Source: a virus (Duplodnaviria > Heunggongvirae > Uroviricota > Caudoviricetes). From it: 64,000 bases of DNA. Where the stretch lies: the IMG/VR virus record IMGVR_UViG_3300048593_000385. One strand, given 5' to 3'. Every line of letters begins with the position of its first letter. Position 1 is the stretch's first letter. The notes under the pieces are model-generated. The model was not told the origin of the DNA and searched no databases. It saw only the letters and a list, made by a program, of their open reading frames with translations. The translations under genes and the position numbers were made by a program. Of this stretch, positions 29,701 to 37,500 are shown piece after piece.

Positions 29701-31127
29701 GGAAGTCGAGCTTCTGCGACCGTTCCAGATGTTAAGGTCGAAGCGTTCGAAGAATAGGTGATTGCGTTGGTATAAGCAGTGCCAGCCTTTGTGCTAGCAT
29801 CAGTAGCAGCAGCAGCAACAGCATTTGTGTAAGCAGTCGCTGCATTACCAGTAATCTGATTTTGAAGAGTCGCTAGCGACACACTACCCAGAGCAGAAGC
29901 ATTGGACGCTGTGCCTGTTACGTTACCAGTAAAGACAGGAGCAAGAATCTGTCCATTAGCATAGATATTCAGAGTGTTCGCTGACGAGTTGGCAAACGTC
30001 ACAGTTCCATTGACAGAAAATGTAGATGCTGGATTGGTCAACGAACCAACATATACGTTACCGCCAAGAGGATTCATAATAATTGGATAATATGTATTCC
30101 CGCCGTTAAATCCAGCTTGCACCCATTGTGAAAATGCTGGAGTTTGTCCAAAAGCGAGATAGTTGGCGCCCGCACCGCTCATTACAAGATATGCGTTTGA
30201 GGTTACTGTGCCCGAAGGATTAATCTGCGAGTTAGACAGAATCTGCATCTGGTTATTGGTCGATGCTGTTCCGACAACCACATTGCCTGAGATATTTGCA
30301 GAACCGCCAACAGTAAGCATAGCAGACCATGCCACGTTACCAATAGCTACGTTTGATCTGAACCAGTTGCCTGCACTTCCCATTTCTAGGAAACTGGTGT
30401 TAGCAATATTTCCGAAACTGATGCCTTCAAGAGCAGAGCTGCCGATAAGAAAATCAAGGCTGTTGTTGGTATAATACGCCTTGGTATATGTGGCAATACT
30501 TCTACCAATCTTCCAGTTATTATCTGCAGCGCCTGCAAACATAATTGAAGTTGTATTTGATGTCAGTGCAATATTTGCAGTATAAGTCTGAGGGGCAGAC
30601 CAAGTATATGCTGTTCCATTAGAGAATGAACCGCCAGCTGCAGTGGTCCAAAGTGTGGCTGTGCCGTTGGATGTAAGAACCTGACCGTTTGTTCCATTGG
30701 AGCCTGTTGCATCCTGCAGAGCAGAAGAAACTTTAATCGGAGCAACAAGATTAAGTGCAGAAGTATTGCTGTTAGTGAAAGAAGCCCAAATAGCTCTTGG
30801 TGTGCCATCTGTAGCTGAGTTATAAAATACGAAGTTGTTGTCAGTCTGTAAAGTGAAATATGACTGGTTGCCAGAAGCAGAACCATTCGCAACGAATGTG
30901 ATCTTTGCGCCGTTGGTTGTCAGATTAAGATTGTTGGTAACATTCTGGTTTGTTACGTTAGCGCCAACTTCGAAAGTCGTAGAACCATCAGAAGCAATAA
31001 CTCTTTTGTCTGTGAGGTTGACAGCAATTTCACCAGCTGCAATGTAAGAGGCATTGGCAGAGTTGGTGGTATTAGGCAAAAGACCTGATGTTGATGTTCT
31101 CTTGAACTGAATTCTATTATTTGCCAT
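20781..31127 (-). CDS. Giant tail fibre protein, 3448 aa
   Basis: N-terminal IQFKRTSTSG..P....AGEIAVNLTD; many GNVGIGTTxP..L.V.G repeats; C-terminal TKSFVIDHPTKPDMKLRYGSLEGPENGVYVRG chaperone-like domain. Confidence 0.88.
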   Translation of the reverse strand: MANNRIQFKRTSTSGLLPNTTNSANASYIAAGEIAVNLTDKRVIASDGSTTFEVGANVTNQNVTNNLNLTTNGAKITFVANGSASGNQSYFTLQTDNNFVFYNSATDGTPRAIWASFTNSNTSALNLVAPIKVSSALQDATGSNGTNGQVLTSNGTATLWTTAAGGSFSNGTAYTWSAPQTYTANIALTSNTTSIMFAGAADNNWKIGRSIATYTKAYYTNNSLDFLIGSSALEGISFGNIANTSFLEMGSAGNWFRSNVAIGNVAWSAMLTVGGSANISGNVVVGTASTNNQMQILSNSQINPSGTVTSNAYLVMSGAGANYLAFGQTPAFSQWVQAGFNGGNTYYPIIMNPLGGNVYVGSLTNPASTFSVNGTVTFANSSANTLNIYANGQILAPVFTGNVTGTASNASALGSVSLATLQNQITGNAATAYTNAVAAAATDASTKAGTAYTNAITYSSNASTLTSGTVAEARLPYRMNQNVKTSDSVEFVNITVSGNITVTGTQTVLGGNTLSITDNMIYMNQGVSATITNVSGNGSVVTFTANNNYSAGWDVSVISVNPTSYNGTYLNILAANATHFQVSNTNTASYVSGGSARGKTESNPDLGFAFGYNDGTYHHGGFFRDATDGVFKVFDNYDPEPDTSVFIDTSNSTFRIANFQANTVYLGNTSVFGSINGTSYSGTSNNATNFGGSSLATIQGQITGNAATAYTNAVAVAATDASTKAGTAYSNAVAVAANATNLASGTVAFARLPNLFIGTTAVQSTSAAQALSGITTLAAGNTTITGFANVTSTLQVGGVATFSANANFDSGVLFVDGTNNRVGIDTTSPSYKLDVFGGDIRLANNATYIRSVTSNGTTVRMLGINAANDAYVGPIDPGPISSIFNASNTSGIAAFYTSGTEKMRITTTGNVGIGTTAPTSRLAVDGNFNVLSGNATLSNGALIVSNTGSGSATITISTANSSANGGVGTEFLKARIYSAQDMALVTGQRLYFRGAGAAWSTPFSFTTDSPFNQVAAAGDHVVITTTDARSNSSSNGLLSGILSSYNLNTPVGASANLIAVSYRSSLAETSWTGTSNNAMHFGAWSGATLVYRVNKVGDVYAAGSAALGNTTITGFANVANTLQVSGITTFSANVVLGSSGLSANGGFGTAGQVLHSNGSATYWASDDNSGGTVTSIATANGLSGGTITTSGTLGVTTGSTLTVNTNGIHVNSALSISSFAVGNSFVANSTGIRISSNSTFIQDLSAGTGYITGVLGYSPEAGITSHPFLTNDLANGRLRGMLLGANTNVTLSNSNFDTMFDATPTVVSGFANTTANTVLEFTNLPNTLQYGSFIGISFGSGAWAPTSLTIEALSNGAWVSCYSNTFIPAYTLSQLQVPIPGNAGNGTTAIKFTMGANTSTRIDHIWAYDYASDGWSHAAMPRSGGAFYGNVILGSVGLSANGGFGTAGQVLHSNGSATYWAADDDTNTTYDLLAVANTAVNAGILRLKDSSNSNDNVTFTGAGTSNVSSNASHIIISSADQYLGTVTSIATANGLTGGTITSTGTLGVVAGNTLTVNTTGIHVNSALSLTSLALSGDLTVSGNLTVSGTRTYVNTTTLDVGDNIVTLNADLGANPPTQDAGMEIMRGTSANVQFLWDETNDRWTTNGQPLAISSLVATGAASGITTLAAGNTTITGFVNVTSTAQIGNSTVFTSANSTAVTTTNVIVKTGAQPGNFITSAATGNDLLNIRGGNYTHAVNLFDSFPGTNATAYASISGGYQNQALLRLSGFNASNVNNLTATYGSDYASIANAAFVANSTGITTTGFANVATTLQVGGVATFGANANFDSGVLFVDGTNNRVGIGTTTPATRLHAYVVPANNSTVDDVLRLTSKFESVNNAASAANGSGPAIVFSGGIGDNQTRDRGRIVAVYEGLNVSGLAFHTQDTADIITEKVRIQAATGNMGIGNTTPAHKLSVNGTVAAGNTTLTGFANITSTLQVGGVATFGANANFDSGVLFVDGTNNRVGVGTLTPSVKLDVVGLDGDGLQYRTSTRTIGIGSVGGVNALYGGSGTELTFHIGSERMRISNTGNVGIGTTAPNTILDLNNTYYNGTPSTLAQLINKIALWSSGATPTYGIGISTGALNITAGEAAGIVSIYTGGSSERMRVAANGNVGIGNTTPADKLSVTGAINFTSSLKFGGVSVIDNAGTDVYINSRVIRNNSSSMQDGMYIGYNNTGTTAGHLRFYAGGTTERMRIDAGNGNIGIATTSPGAKLDVVGMVRTSDQFQSNGGGRDLRMNDNFGSSVAAVGVVSNNPLMLFTNNTERMRVAANGNFGIGTTTPNATLEVNGSAVVNTISVGTATTGKLYSLTAGGQGANNTTYELCRISRDTVNWSTQYLEVTIYNQYYRGGKTRWIINYNQVDAGTAYCVEAAGTQMHKLYLGTEVLVSGTINYIPVLIDLPQYTVATIDVRYRSTEVATISNASQLQWVNTYTTNASATAFWGGNIHLAPTSGANVGIGTTSPGSKLTVAGTVGLGNTTITGSANVSTTLQVGGTVAAGNTTLTGFANVSTTLQVGGVATFGANANFDSGVLFVDGVNNRVGIGTTTPGSRLDVVGNTTAIALNFGSTVPNNPLFVGTYGNYSGIGMDQSTAGLRLVGDYTGNNPIVDMGYYTSGTVSHANWVNRVRVSANGNVGIGTTSPQQPFVVSNAGAGGIEILPTGVIQSYNRSTSAYQALNIDASVHAFRTGTTERVRIDGSGNVGIGTTGPQSKLQIFGSAAPLTGDAASVETILTLTREGSASVWREGASFALGRWQTGGGSNPFSRLDINLKSVTDNSSLPNVTVMTLQDNGFVGIGTTTPTTMLTVRPTFQFGDPEVGNINIYGITSGGTSSNPTSAGGIVFGDQSATNSYMGRIAVIQNNPSASTSSHMRFYTNGGGGNGACAERMRIDASGNVGIGTTSPGARLETYQSSGGTNAIRMNTNFASGNYVDLNPSISGVSNGGYSVSLNGTIYQVISASGNFGIGTTTPQYELDVNNGNATNFQASFGSPISTGVWSGIHFGYSESANQNYRKSAIVFEREDGSARGKIHILNDGAADGGSATLTDSKLTIQYDGKVGIGTTAPGTMLDIGSTQGAGITMRYDSNTTYRALITPYWNSSTDTRIDFAINNTGGATPTVYMSVGYNGNVGVGTITPANKLHVVGSAGTLLRLDGGSGGTGTRDIFISEFDTTAYGGIIRYDSAADLFTFGTVENSVVVNAINVTRTSGNVGIGTTAPGAYKLNVNGQSYFADTMTFGSGGYISWTSGYSDGTTQTFASPTSGSLALITNGTTGLFIKSNQNVGIGTTTPGYKLEVNGSFAATTKSFVIDHPTKPDMKLRYGSLEGPENGVYVRGRLKAGETIIHLPDYWEGLVDQDTYTVNLTPVGKHQELFVEHIADDYIVVGGENIDCFYTVFAERKDVEKLVVEF

Positions 31128-31160
31128 ACTGACCTCTATCTAGAGTTATTTTTAAAGGAG

Positions 31161-31168
31161 TATTTACT
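31161..31168 (-). promoter_or_regulatory. Possible late promoter variant AGTAAATA within the palindrome GGAGT-AAAT-ACTCC
   Basis: Two mismatches to consensus, upstream of ATG 31127. Confidence 0.3.
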
Positions 31169-31170
31169 CC

Positions 31171-31740
31171 CTACTTCTTCGTCTTATTTAAGACTGGTGT
31201 CGGTAAAACTTCTACTGTCGCTGGAGTAGTCGCTTCTTTATATTTAGTTTTTAAATCTTCGTGGTCAGCAGATAACTTTAGATAATCAGCAGCCATACTC
31301 GCTTCGCGTTTGTTTGCGCTCTCGAGTTCCATTGTTATAGTATTCATTTGGCTCATGGTGGCTGTGCTTCCATCAACCAATTGCTGCAGCCTGTCCTTGT
31401 CCGAGACAAGCTGTGAGATTTGTTCTTGCTTCGCGACTATGTCTTTATTCAGCCTATCAACCTCAGCACTCAAATCCGAATTATTCGTATTGAGCTGCTC
31501 GACAGTAGCATTGCGTTTAGCATCATGTTTCTCTCCAGCGGAAATCTGTTCCACCAGAGAGTCACGTTCTTTTTCGATTTCTGTGATATGAGTCTCAGCA
31601 GCAGTTAACTTCGCAGTAAGGTCTTCAATTTCTTTATCAGCAAAATGTTGTTTTGTTTCAGCCATGATCACACGGCTAACAAAATCCATTAAGTGATCAC
31701 GCTGTTTCTCAAGAAAAACATTAATAAATTCAGCTTGCAT
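31171..31740 (-). CDS. Coiled-coil protein, 189 aa
   Basis: Heptad-rich E/K/L/Q sequence between fibre genes. Confidence 0.7.
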   Translation of the reverse strand: MQAEFINVFLEKQRDHLMDFVSRVIMAETKQHFADKEIEDLTAKLTAAETHITEIEKERDSLVEQISAGEKHDAKRNATVEQLNTNNSDLSAEVDRLNKDIVAKQEQISQLVSDKDRLQQLVDGSTATMSQMNTITMELESANKREASMAADYLKLSADHEDLKTKYKEATTPATVEVLPTPVLNKTKK

Positions 31741-31754
31741 AATATATCCTTAAA

Positions 31755-33476
31755 TTAGAAGGTTCCTCCGTCGAGGGTTCCCCATGCTGGTAGATTGTTT
31801 CTTACTTCTAGAATCTGTCCATTTGTTCCGAGAGCAAGGTTTGAAACATATGTAGTATTGGATGCGTATAGTAGATCGCCAGCGGTAAAGCCAGTAGTTC
31901 TACCAGTACCACCAGATGTCGCTGCTAGACCTGAGGTAATTGTTACCGTGTTAGCAGTGATATTGACTGATACTGAAGCATTCGCAACCGCAGAAACTGC
32001 AGTCGAGTTGACAACAAACGCAGCACCTGTGCCAAAAGGACGCAGGAATGCTTGCAGAGGCATAGTCGTCTGGCCAGCGATAGAGGTCGCGCCAGGAATG
32101 GTGTTTGTCGAGAAGAGCTGGAAGGTGTTAGCTGAAGCAACACGCACAAGACCATAATAAGAAGTAGTCCCAGCCACACCGCTGTTCGCCTGACCGACAA
32201 CACCAAAATCGACAACATCAGAAACTACGTTAGCATTTGTATCTGCAAGAAGAATTACGTTATCTTTGAGGTTTAAGTTTGTGGTATCGATATAAGTTAC
32301 CGTGCCAGAAACTGTCAGGTTACCACTGGCGACAATATCACGAACATTCAACTGGGCTGAAGTAGCGATAAGGTTAGCAACAGTGCCAAAATTCGCAATC
32401 GTTGCGTTAGCAGTAATCTGTCCACCAATTACAGCCGATGGTGTTGTTACGTTAGCAGCTGTAATAGTAGTTGTAGATGCTCCGTCAGTAACTCTATATG
32501 CAGTAGAGTTAGTTGTTGCAGAAGCTATAGCATTGACAGTAATCGCAACAGCAGTAGCATTGACAACGGTATTGGCAGTACCAGTACCAGCAGCAAAATA
32601 AGAAGTAGCGTTGCCAGAAGTAATTACTGCAAGATTGAATGTTTGGTTAGCAGTAAAGGTGTTTGTATTGGACCAAAATACTACGTTTGCAGGAAGTCTT
32701 GCAGCATTAATAGTTCCTGATGTCAGGTTGGTAGCATTCGCAGCAATAGCAATAGCGTTGGTGTAAGCAGTAGCAGCGTTACCTGTGATTTGACCTTGAA
32801 CAGTTGCTAGTGACGAACCGCCAAGGTTAGTAGCATTATTTGCTGTACCAGAGAACGCAGTCGAATTTACTGTTGTAAATACTGTTGAGTTACCAACAGT
32901 TACAGTAGTCGAGGTTACATCAACACCGTCTGCAGCAGTTCCGACAATAAGCTGAGAAGTAGCATTACCAGCAAGAACAACATTTGAGTTGTATGTATGG
33001 ACATTATTCCAAGTATAAGCGTAATTGGTGTTGACGCCATTTAGGACAAGTTGGCCATCAACATATGTTTTGATCGCAAAAGAAGTAACGAGTTCTGTAT
33101 TCGAACCACCAGAGGTGATACCCAGTTGAGTAGCATTTGCCTGTGGAGAGATGCTTGTGATCAGGGCTGCTTGGTTATTTGCGACAGGAGAAGCAACGGA
33201 AGAGGCAATAAACAGACCAGTAGTATAGGTGTTGCTGATAAACGCATTGGCATCAACGATAACAGCAGCATTAGCAGTAAGGGAACCTGCCGTCGAGTTA
33301 TCAACAAAACCGAATTTTGCGCCAGCAATCTTAGTGGCAGCAGTGCCAACACCAGTTTGCGCACCGATGAATAGGTTATTTCCACTATACGAATAAGCAA
33401 GCTCACCACTATACAGCGATGTACCTGGAGTTGCGGAAGTATTACTTCTTCTGACCTGAATTAGATTGTTCGCCAT
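31755..33476 (-). CDS. Tail fibre-like protein, 573 aa
   Basis: N-terminal LIQVRRSNT...GELAYS; GNLTVSGTVTYIDTTNL.LKDNVI motif; ends WGTLDGGTF. Confidence 0.8.
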   Translation of the reverse strand: MANNLIQVRRSNTSATPGTSLYSGELAYSYSGNNLFIGAQTGVGTAATKIAGAKFGFVDNSTAGSLTANAAVIVDANAFISNTYTTGLFIASSVASPVANNQAALITSISPQANATQLGITSGGSNTELVTSFAIKTYVDGQLVLNGVNTNYAYTWNNVHTYNSNVVLAGNATSQLIVGTAADGVDVTSTTVTVGNSTVFTTVNSTAFSGTANNATNLGGSSLATVQGQITGNAATAYTNAIAIAANATNLTSGTINAARLPANVVFWSNTNTFTANQTFNLAVITSGNATSYFAAGTGTANTVVNATAVAITVNAIASATTNSTAYRVTDGASTTTITAANVTTPSAVIGGQITANATIANFGTVANLIATSAQLNVRDIVASGNLTVSGTVTYIDTTNLNLKDNVILLADTNANVVSDVVDFGVVGQANSGVAGTTSYYGLVRVASANTFQLFSTNTIPGATSIAGQTTMPLQAFLRPFGTGAAFVVNSTAVSAVANASVSVNITANTVTITSGLAATSGGTGRTTGFTAGDLLYASNTTYVSNLALGTNGQILEVRNNLPAWGTLDGGTF

Positions 33477-33510
33477 CTATATATCCCTTGTAAACAATAA
33501 CTGTTTTATC

Positions 33511-33518
33511 TATTTATA
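33511..33518 (-). promoter_or_regulatory. T4-type late promoter TATAAATA
   Basis: Exact consensus upstream of ATG 33476. Confidence 0.85.
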
Positions 33519-33521
33519 ATT

Positions 33522-33839
33522 TTAGAAACCGCCGCCATCAAGGTTATTAGGAACAATATCAAAGGTATCATCAGCAGTATTGGCAGTACCTTGAGTGTCG
33601 TATTGAAGAATATATCCATCGGCTGCAGTATTTGCGCCAACAACATCGTTGAGGTTCTTCAACTTATCTGCGCCGCCACCAGCAAGAACAGTAATATTGA
33701 CGAGATTTGCTGGTGTATTTGCGGTCAATGCAGCAGTGTTAATAGAAAGAGTAGGGATCGTTGGTAATGTTACGGAAATTGAACCGTTTCCATTATTGAA
33801 CAGAACACCTGTGTTCATTAGAGTAGGAGTAGATACCAT
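33522..33839 (-). CDS. Small virion protein, 105 aa
   Basis: LKNLNDVV...DGYILQYD; ends LDGGGF. Confidence 0.65.
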   Translation of the reverse strand: MVSTPTLMNTGVLFNNGNGSISVTLPTIPTLSINTAALTANTPANLVNITVLAGGGADKLKNLNDVVGANTAADGYILQYDTQGTANTADDTFDIVPNNLDGGGF

Positions 33840-33841
33840 TG

Positions 33842-34168
33842 TTATCTCGAAACCGAAGGATTAATAGTAACTTGACCTTCCATGACTCTTGTTGTATTGC
33901 CTAAATTATCTGTGACAATGAGATCGTAAACATACCGACCTGCAGGAACAGCAGCTGATGCAGTTGCATTGATCGACATAGTAATTGACCCTGATGAGTT
34001 AGCACCAGTCTGGAAAGTGTATGCACTAACAGAGTTATATGATTTACGAAACTGTGATTCTATAACATAGTTCGAAAGATCAACTGGAAGACCATCTGAA
34101 TCGTTCAGGACAATATGCGTCGAGAAGGTTGTTCCCTGATCAATAACGATATTTGCTCTTGTTGACAT
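33842..34168 (-). CDS. Conserved virion protein with Ig-like / BppU-N-like fold
   Basis: NIVIDQGTTF...DLSNY..ESQFRKSY; GRYVYDL...RVMEGQVTINPSV. Confidence 0.7.
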   Translation of the reverse strand: MSTRANIVIDQGTTFSTHIVLNDSDGLPVDLSNYVIESQFRKSYNSVSAYTFQTGANSSGSITMSINATASAAVPAGRYVYDLIVTDNLGNTTRVMEGQVTINPSVSR

Positions 34169-34177
34169 ATTATCCTC

Positions 34178-34540
34178 TTAAAACAATTCTGGATTAGCCT
34201 TGGCAAACCTGCGCATAATCACGCCAGCTTTTGCGTTGGCTTCGTTTTCGTCATCGCTACCATCTTCGCCATTCGTATGCCCATGCGAGTAGTGCACCAG
34301 CTCATGCGCGAGCGTGCGCATCACATCCATGGAGTGCCGACCTTCAGGATTCAGAGTAATTTTCTCTCCATCCCAGCATCCGAATGCTCTCATCTCTCTT
34401 GATTCTTTGCCAGTAACAAGATTGATCGGAGGCACCTCGGCGATCCCCAATTCAGTTTTCACAAAAGGAATGAATTTGTCGAGGACTTCTCCGACTTCTT
34501 TTTTGTGGAGTTCCTCGACAAACTGTTTAAATGATTGCAT
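34178..34540 (-). CDS. HExxH zinc-metallopeptidase-like protein with T4 internal-protein-like N-terminus
   Basis: RTLAHELVH motif, downstream ENEANAKAG; N-terminus MQSFKQFVEE. Confidence 0.7.
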   Translation of the reverse strand: MQSFKQFVEELHKKEVGEVLDKFIPFVKTELGIAEVPPINLVTGKESREMRAFGCWDGEKITLNPEGRHSMDVMRTLAHELVHYSHGHTNGEDGSDDENEANAKAGVIMRRFAKANPELF

Positions 34541-37500
34541 TATGCCATTGCCTTACCTGCTAGAGCGCCGAACCAAGTTGACCCGCCATCATATGTAGTC
34601 AGAACCCAGAGGTCTGTAGCGTTTGCAGTTGTTGTCGCAGGTGGAACAACGCCTCCTGGCCATTTGGTATTTGCTGGCCAAGTAATAGTTCTTCCGCCAG
34701 TAGCATCTTGTTTAGCAACAATAGTCAGAGTCACAGCCTTAGAAGCAGGAACATTGGTTGGAGAAACAGTAATGTTACCAGTCATTGTCAAGTTAAAGAA
34801 GTTATACAGCGACAGATCAAGACCCAAGGATCCAGTTGCAGTAGCAAGAGTGAACACAACTTCACTGTATCCAGCAAGAGTTGATCGAGTGATATGGTTA
34901 TTGCTCATGGCAATATTAGCAGTATGAGTATGCACTCCAGTGACTGAGAATGTACCAGCCACAGTATTAATAGCGTTCGAGTAAGCTGTTCCAGCCTTTG
35001 TGCTGGCGTCAGTAGCAGCGGCAGCAACAGCATTCGAGTAAGCAGTGCCAGCCTTTGTGCTAGCATCAGTAGCAGCAGCAGTAACAGCGTTTGAGTAAGC
35101 TGTTCCAGCTATGGTAGCAGCATATGATACTGCGTTCGAGTAAGCAGTGCCAGCTTTTGTGCTAGCATCAGTAGCAGCAGCAGCAACAGCATTTGTGTAA
35201 GCAGTTCCGGCTTTTGAGCTGGCGTCGGCAGCAGAGTTAGCAATTGCGTTAGAGAATGCAGTAGCAGCGTTACCAGTAATCTGACCTTGAACAGTAGCCA
35301 ACGTAGAACCACCAAGTAGCGTTGCGTTTGCTGCTGTTCCGCTATACGAAGTAGCATTAAGAGTTGCGCCACCAGTCAGGTTGATGGTATTCGCAAACAC
35401 GCCTTGCCAGAACAGAGCCGAAGAACCAAGATTTAGAGTTAGGTTTGCTCCTGGAGCAAATCCTCTGTTTACGTTCCAAGTATTAGCACCACCACTGTAT
35501 GTAAAGGTTGCGCCTGGAATATCAACAGTAATACCAGCACCATCAGACGCAGAGTTTGAAGCTGCACCCTTGGCGACAGTGATATTTTTGTCAGTAACAT
35601 CAAGGTTGGTTACGTTAGCGTATACAGTTGTACCATTAACCTGCAGGTCTCCAGTGATAGTCAGACCACCAGAAAGAGTGCCGCCAGTTTTCGGTAGATA
35701 AGTGGCAGAAGCACTTGAAGCTGCATCAGTAACAGCATTTGTATATGCAGTAGCAGAGTTACTAGTGATCCAAGAAACAATATTGGCACCAGTGGTGGCC
35801 GAGTTACCAAGGTAGGTTGCAGCATTCGCAGCAAGAACTAGGACGTTCGCAGAAAGACCAGCAGTCGTCTGATAAAGTCCAGCAGCAACAGCAATAGCGT
35901 TGGTGTAAGCAGTTGCAGCATTACCAGTAATCTGTCCTTGGATCGTAGCTAGAGTTGTGCCATTGAGCAACGTAGCGTTTGCTGCAGTTCCTGAGAACGA
36001 AGTAGCATTTAGAGTTGCCTGAGTAGCTGAACCATTACTGAAGACGATTGCAGTTGTATTGACAACAAGAGTGTTAGCAGCAGTAGAGACGTTTGCGTTT
36101 AGAACATTCGAAGACAACTGGAAAGTCGTCGTATTGACTGTCGCGGTCAAAGATGTGGCATTTGCTGTAGCATTGATGCTAAGTGACTGAGCAACCAAAC
36201 CTGAGCTGTTCGAAGCAACAGAAACACGAGTATTTGCTACAGTTCCTACATTTGACTGTCTTGATGATACAGTGGCATTAATTGTAAGATTCGATGCGGT
36301 ATTGCCAACATTGACAGCGCCAACCACAGATGTGTTACCATTAAATGTCTGGTCCATCGTAAACACATTAGAGTTTGACCAGAATACCAAGTTGGCTGGA
36401 AGTCTGGCAAAAGGAACAGTTCCTGTGCTCAGATTCGTAGCATTAGATGCGTATGTTTGAGTGGCCACAGTCGCGCCATCAAGTTTCAGGTTGCCACCAT
36501 CCCAAACCATGCTGTATCCAGTTGCGCCGCCTGCAGGAATAGCAGTGAAGACCCAAGAAGAACCTCTGGCGAGCGCAGTGATGTTGTCGTTTGCTACAAC
36601 AGAGAGAGAAGCAGCCCCAGTATAAGAAGTTGCATTGATCGCAGCGCTAGTATCAATTCTAAATACCGTTGCCCCAGTTGTCGTTTGAGTAGGAGCTGCA
36701 GCTGTTCCGTTAGCAGCAAAAGTTACGAGTCCAGGAATACCATCAATAGAAGTATTGCTGAAATTGATTACCTGTCTACCTCTAAACGTAGCAATACTGT
36801 TCGCAGTAAGATTTCCATTGAGACCAAGATTTCCAGTGATTGTATAACCACCAGTTGTAACATAAGAAGTGGCATTAGTATATGCAGCGGCAGCATTAGT
36901 AGTAGCATAACCCTGAACAGTAGCCAAAGTTACTCCGCCCAGCAGAGCCGCATTAGCTGCAGTCCCTGAGAATGAAGTTGCATTGATCGTTGTAGCAACA
37001 CTGCTATTGCCAATTGTCAGAACTGTGCTGTTTGCCAGTAGACCAATAGATGTGGCATTGATTGTGCCAATGGTAATTGTTTTTGTATTTGTAACAGCAA
37101 CGTTACTTGCCAGATTGATTGCGCCAGAGTAAACAGAGATATTTACTACGTTTGCATTGACATCAAACCTCGATGATGTTGCATTTGAATATGCATTCAG
37201 AACATAAACTGTTCCGTTAGAACCAGCCTGAAGTTGAGAGTTAGCAACAATTGTATTTGAATTCAGAGTTGTCGAAATATTTGACGGATTCTTGAAAATG
37301 ATTTTTGCTTGTGTCACATCATATGCAAGAACATATCCATCCGAAACATCAGCAGGGTTGACAGCAACACCAGCAACCGCACCAGTATTTGCAGCGTAAG
37401 TCGCATTCGCAGCAACCCAGAAGCCATTTGCTATTGAGGCATTGGCAATTGCGATTGCATTGGTATAAGCAGCAGTTGATTTGGTATCAGTGTATGAAGT

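Noticed and set aside
17529-31127. Diversity-generating retroelement acting on fibre or lectin tips
   Set aside because: No reverse transcriptase in the window. The repeat pairs I compared are in-frame internal duplications whose differences are not restricted to adenines.
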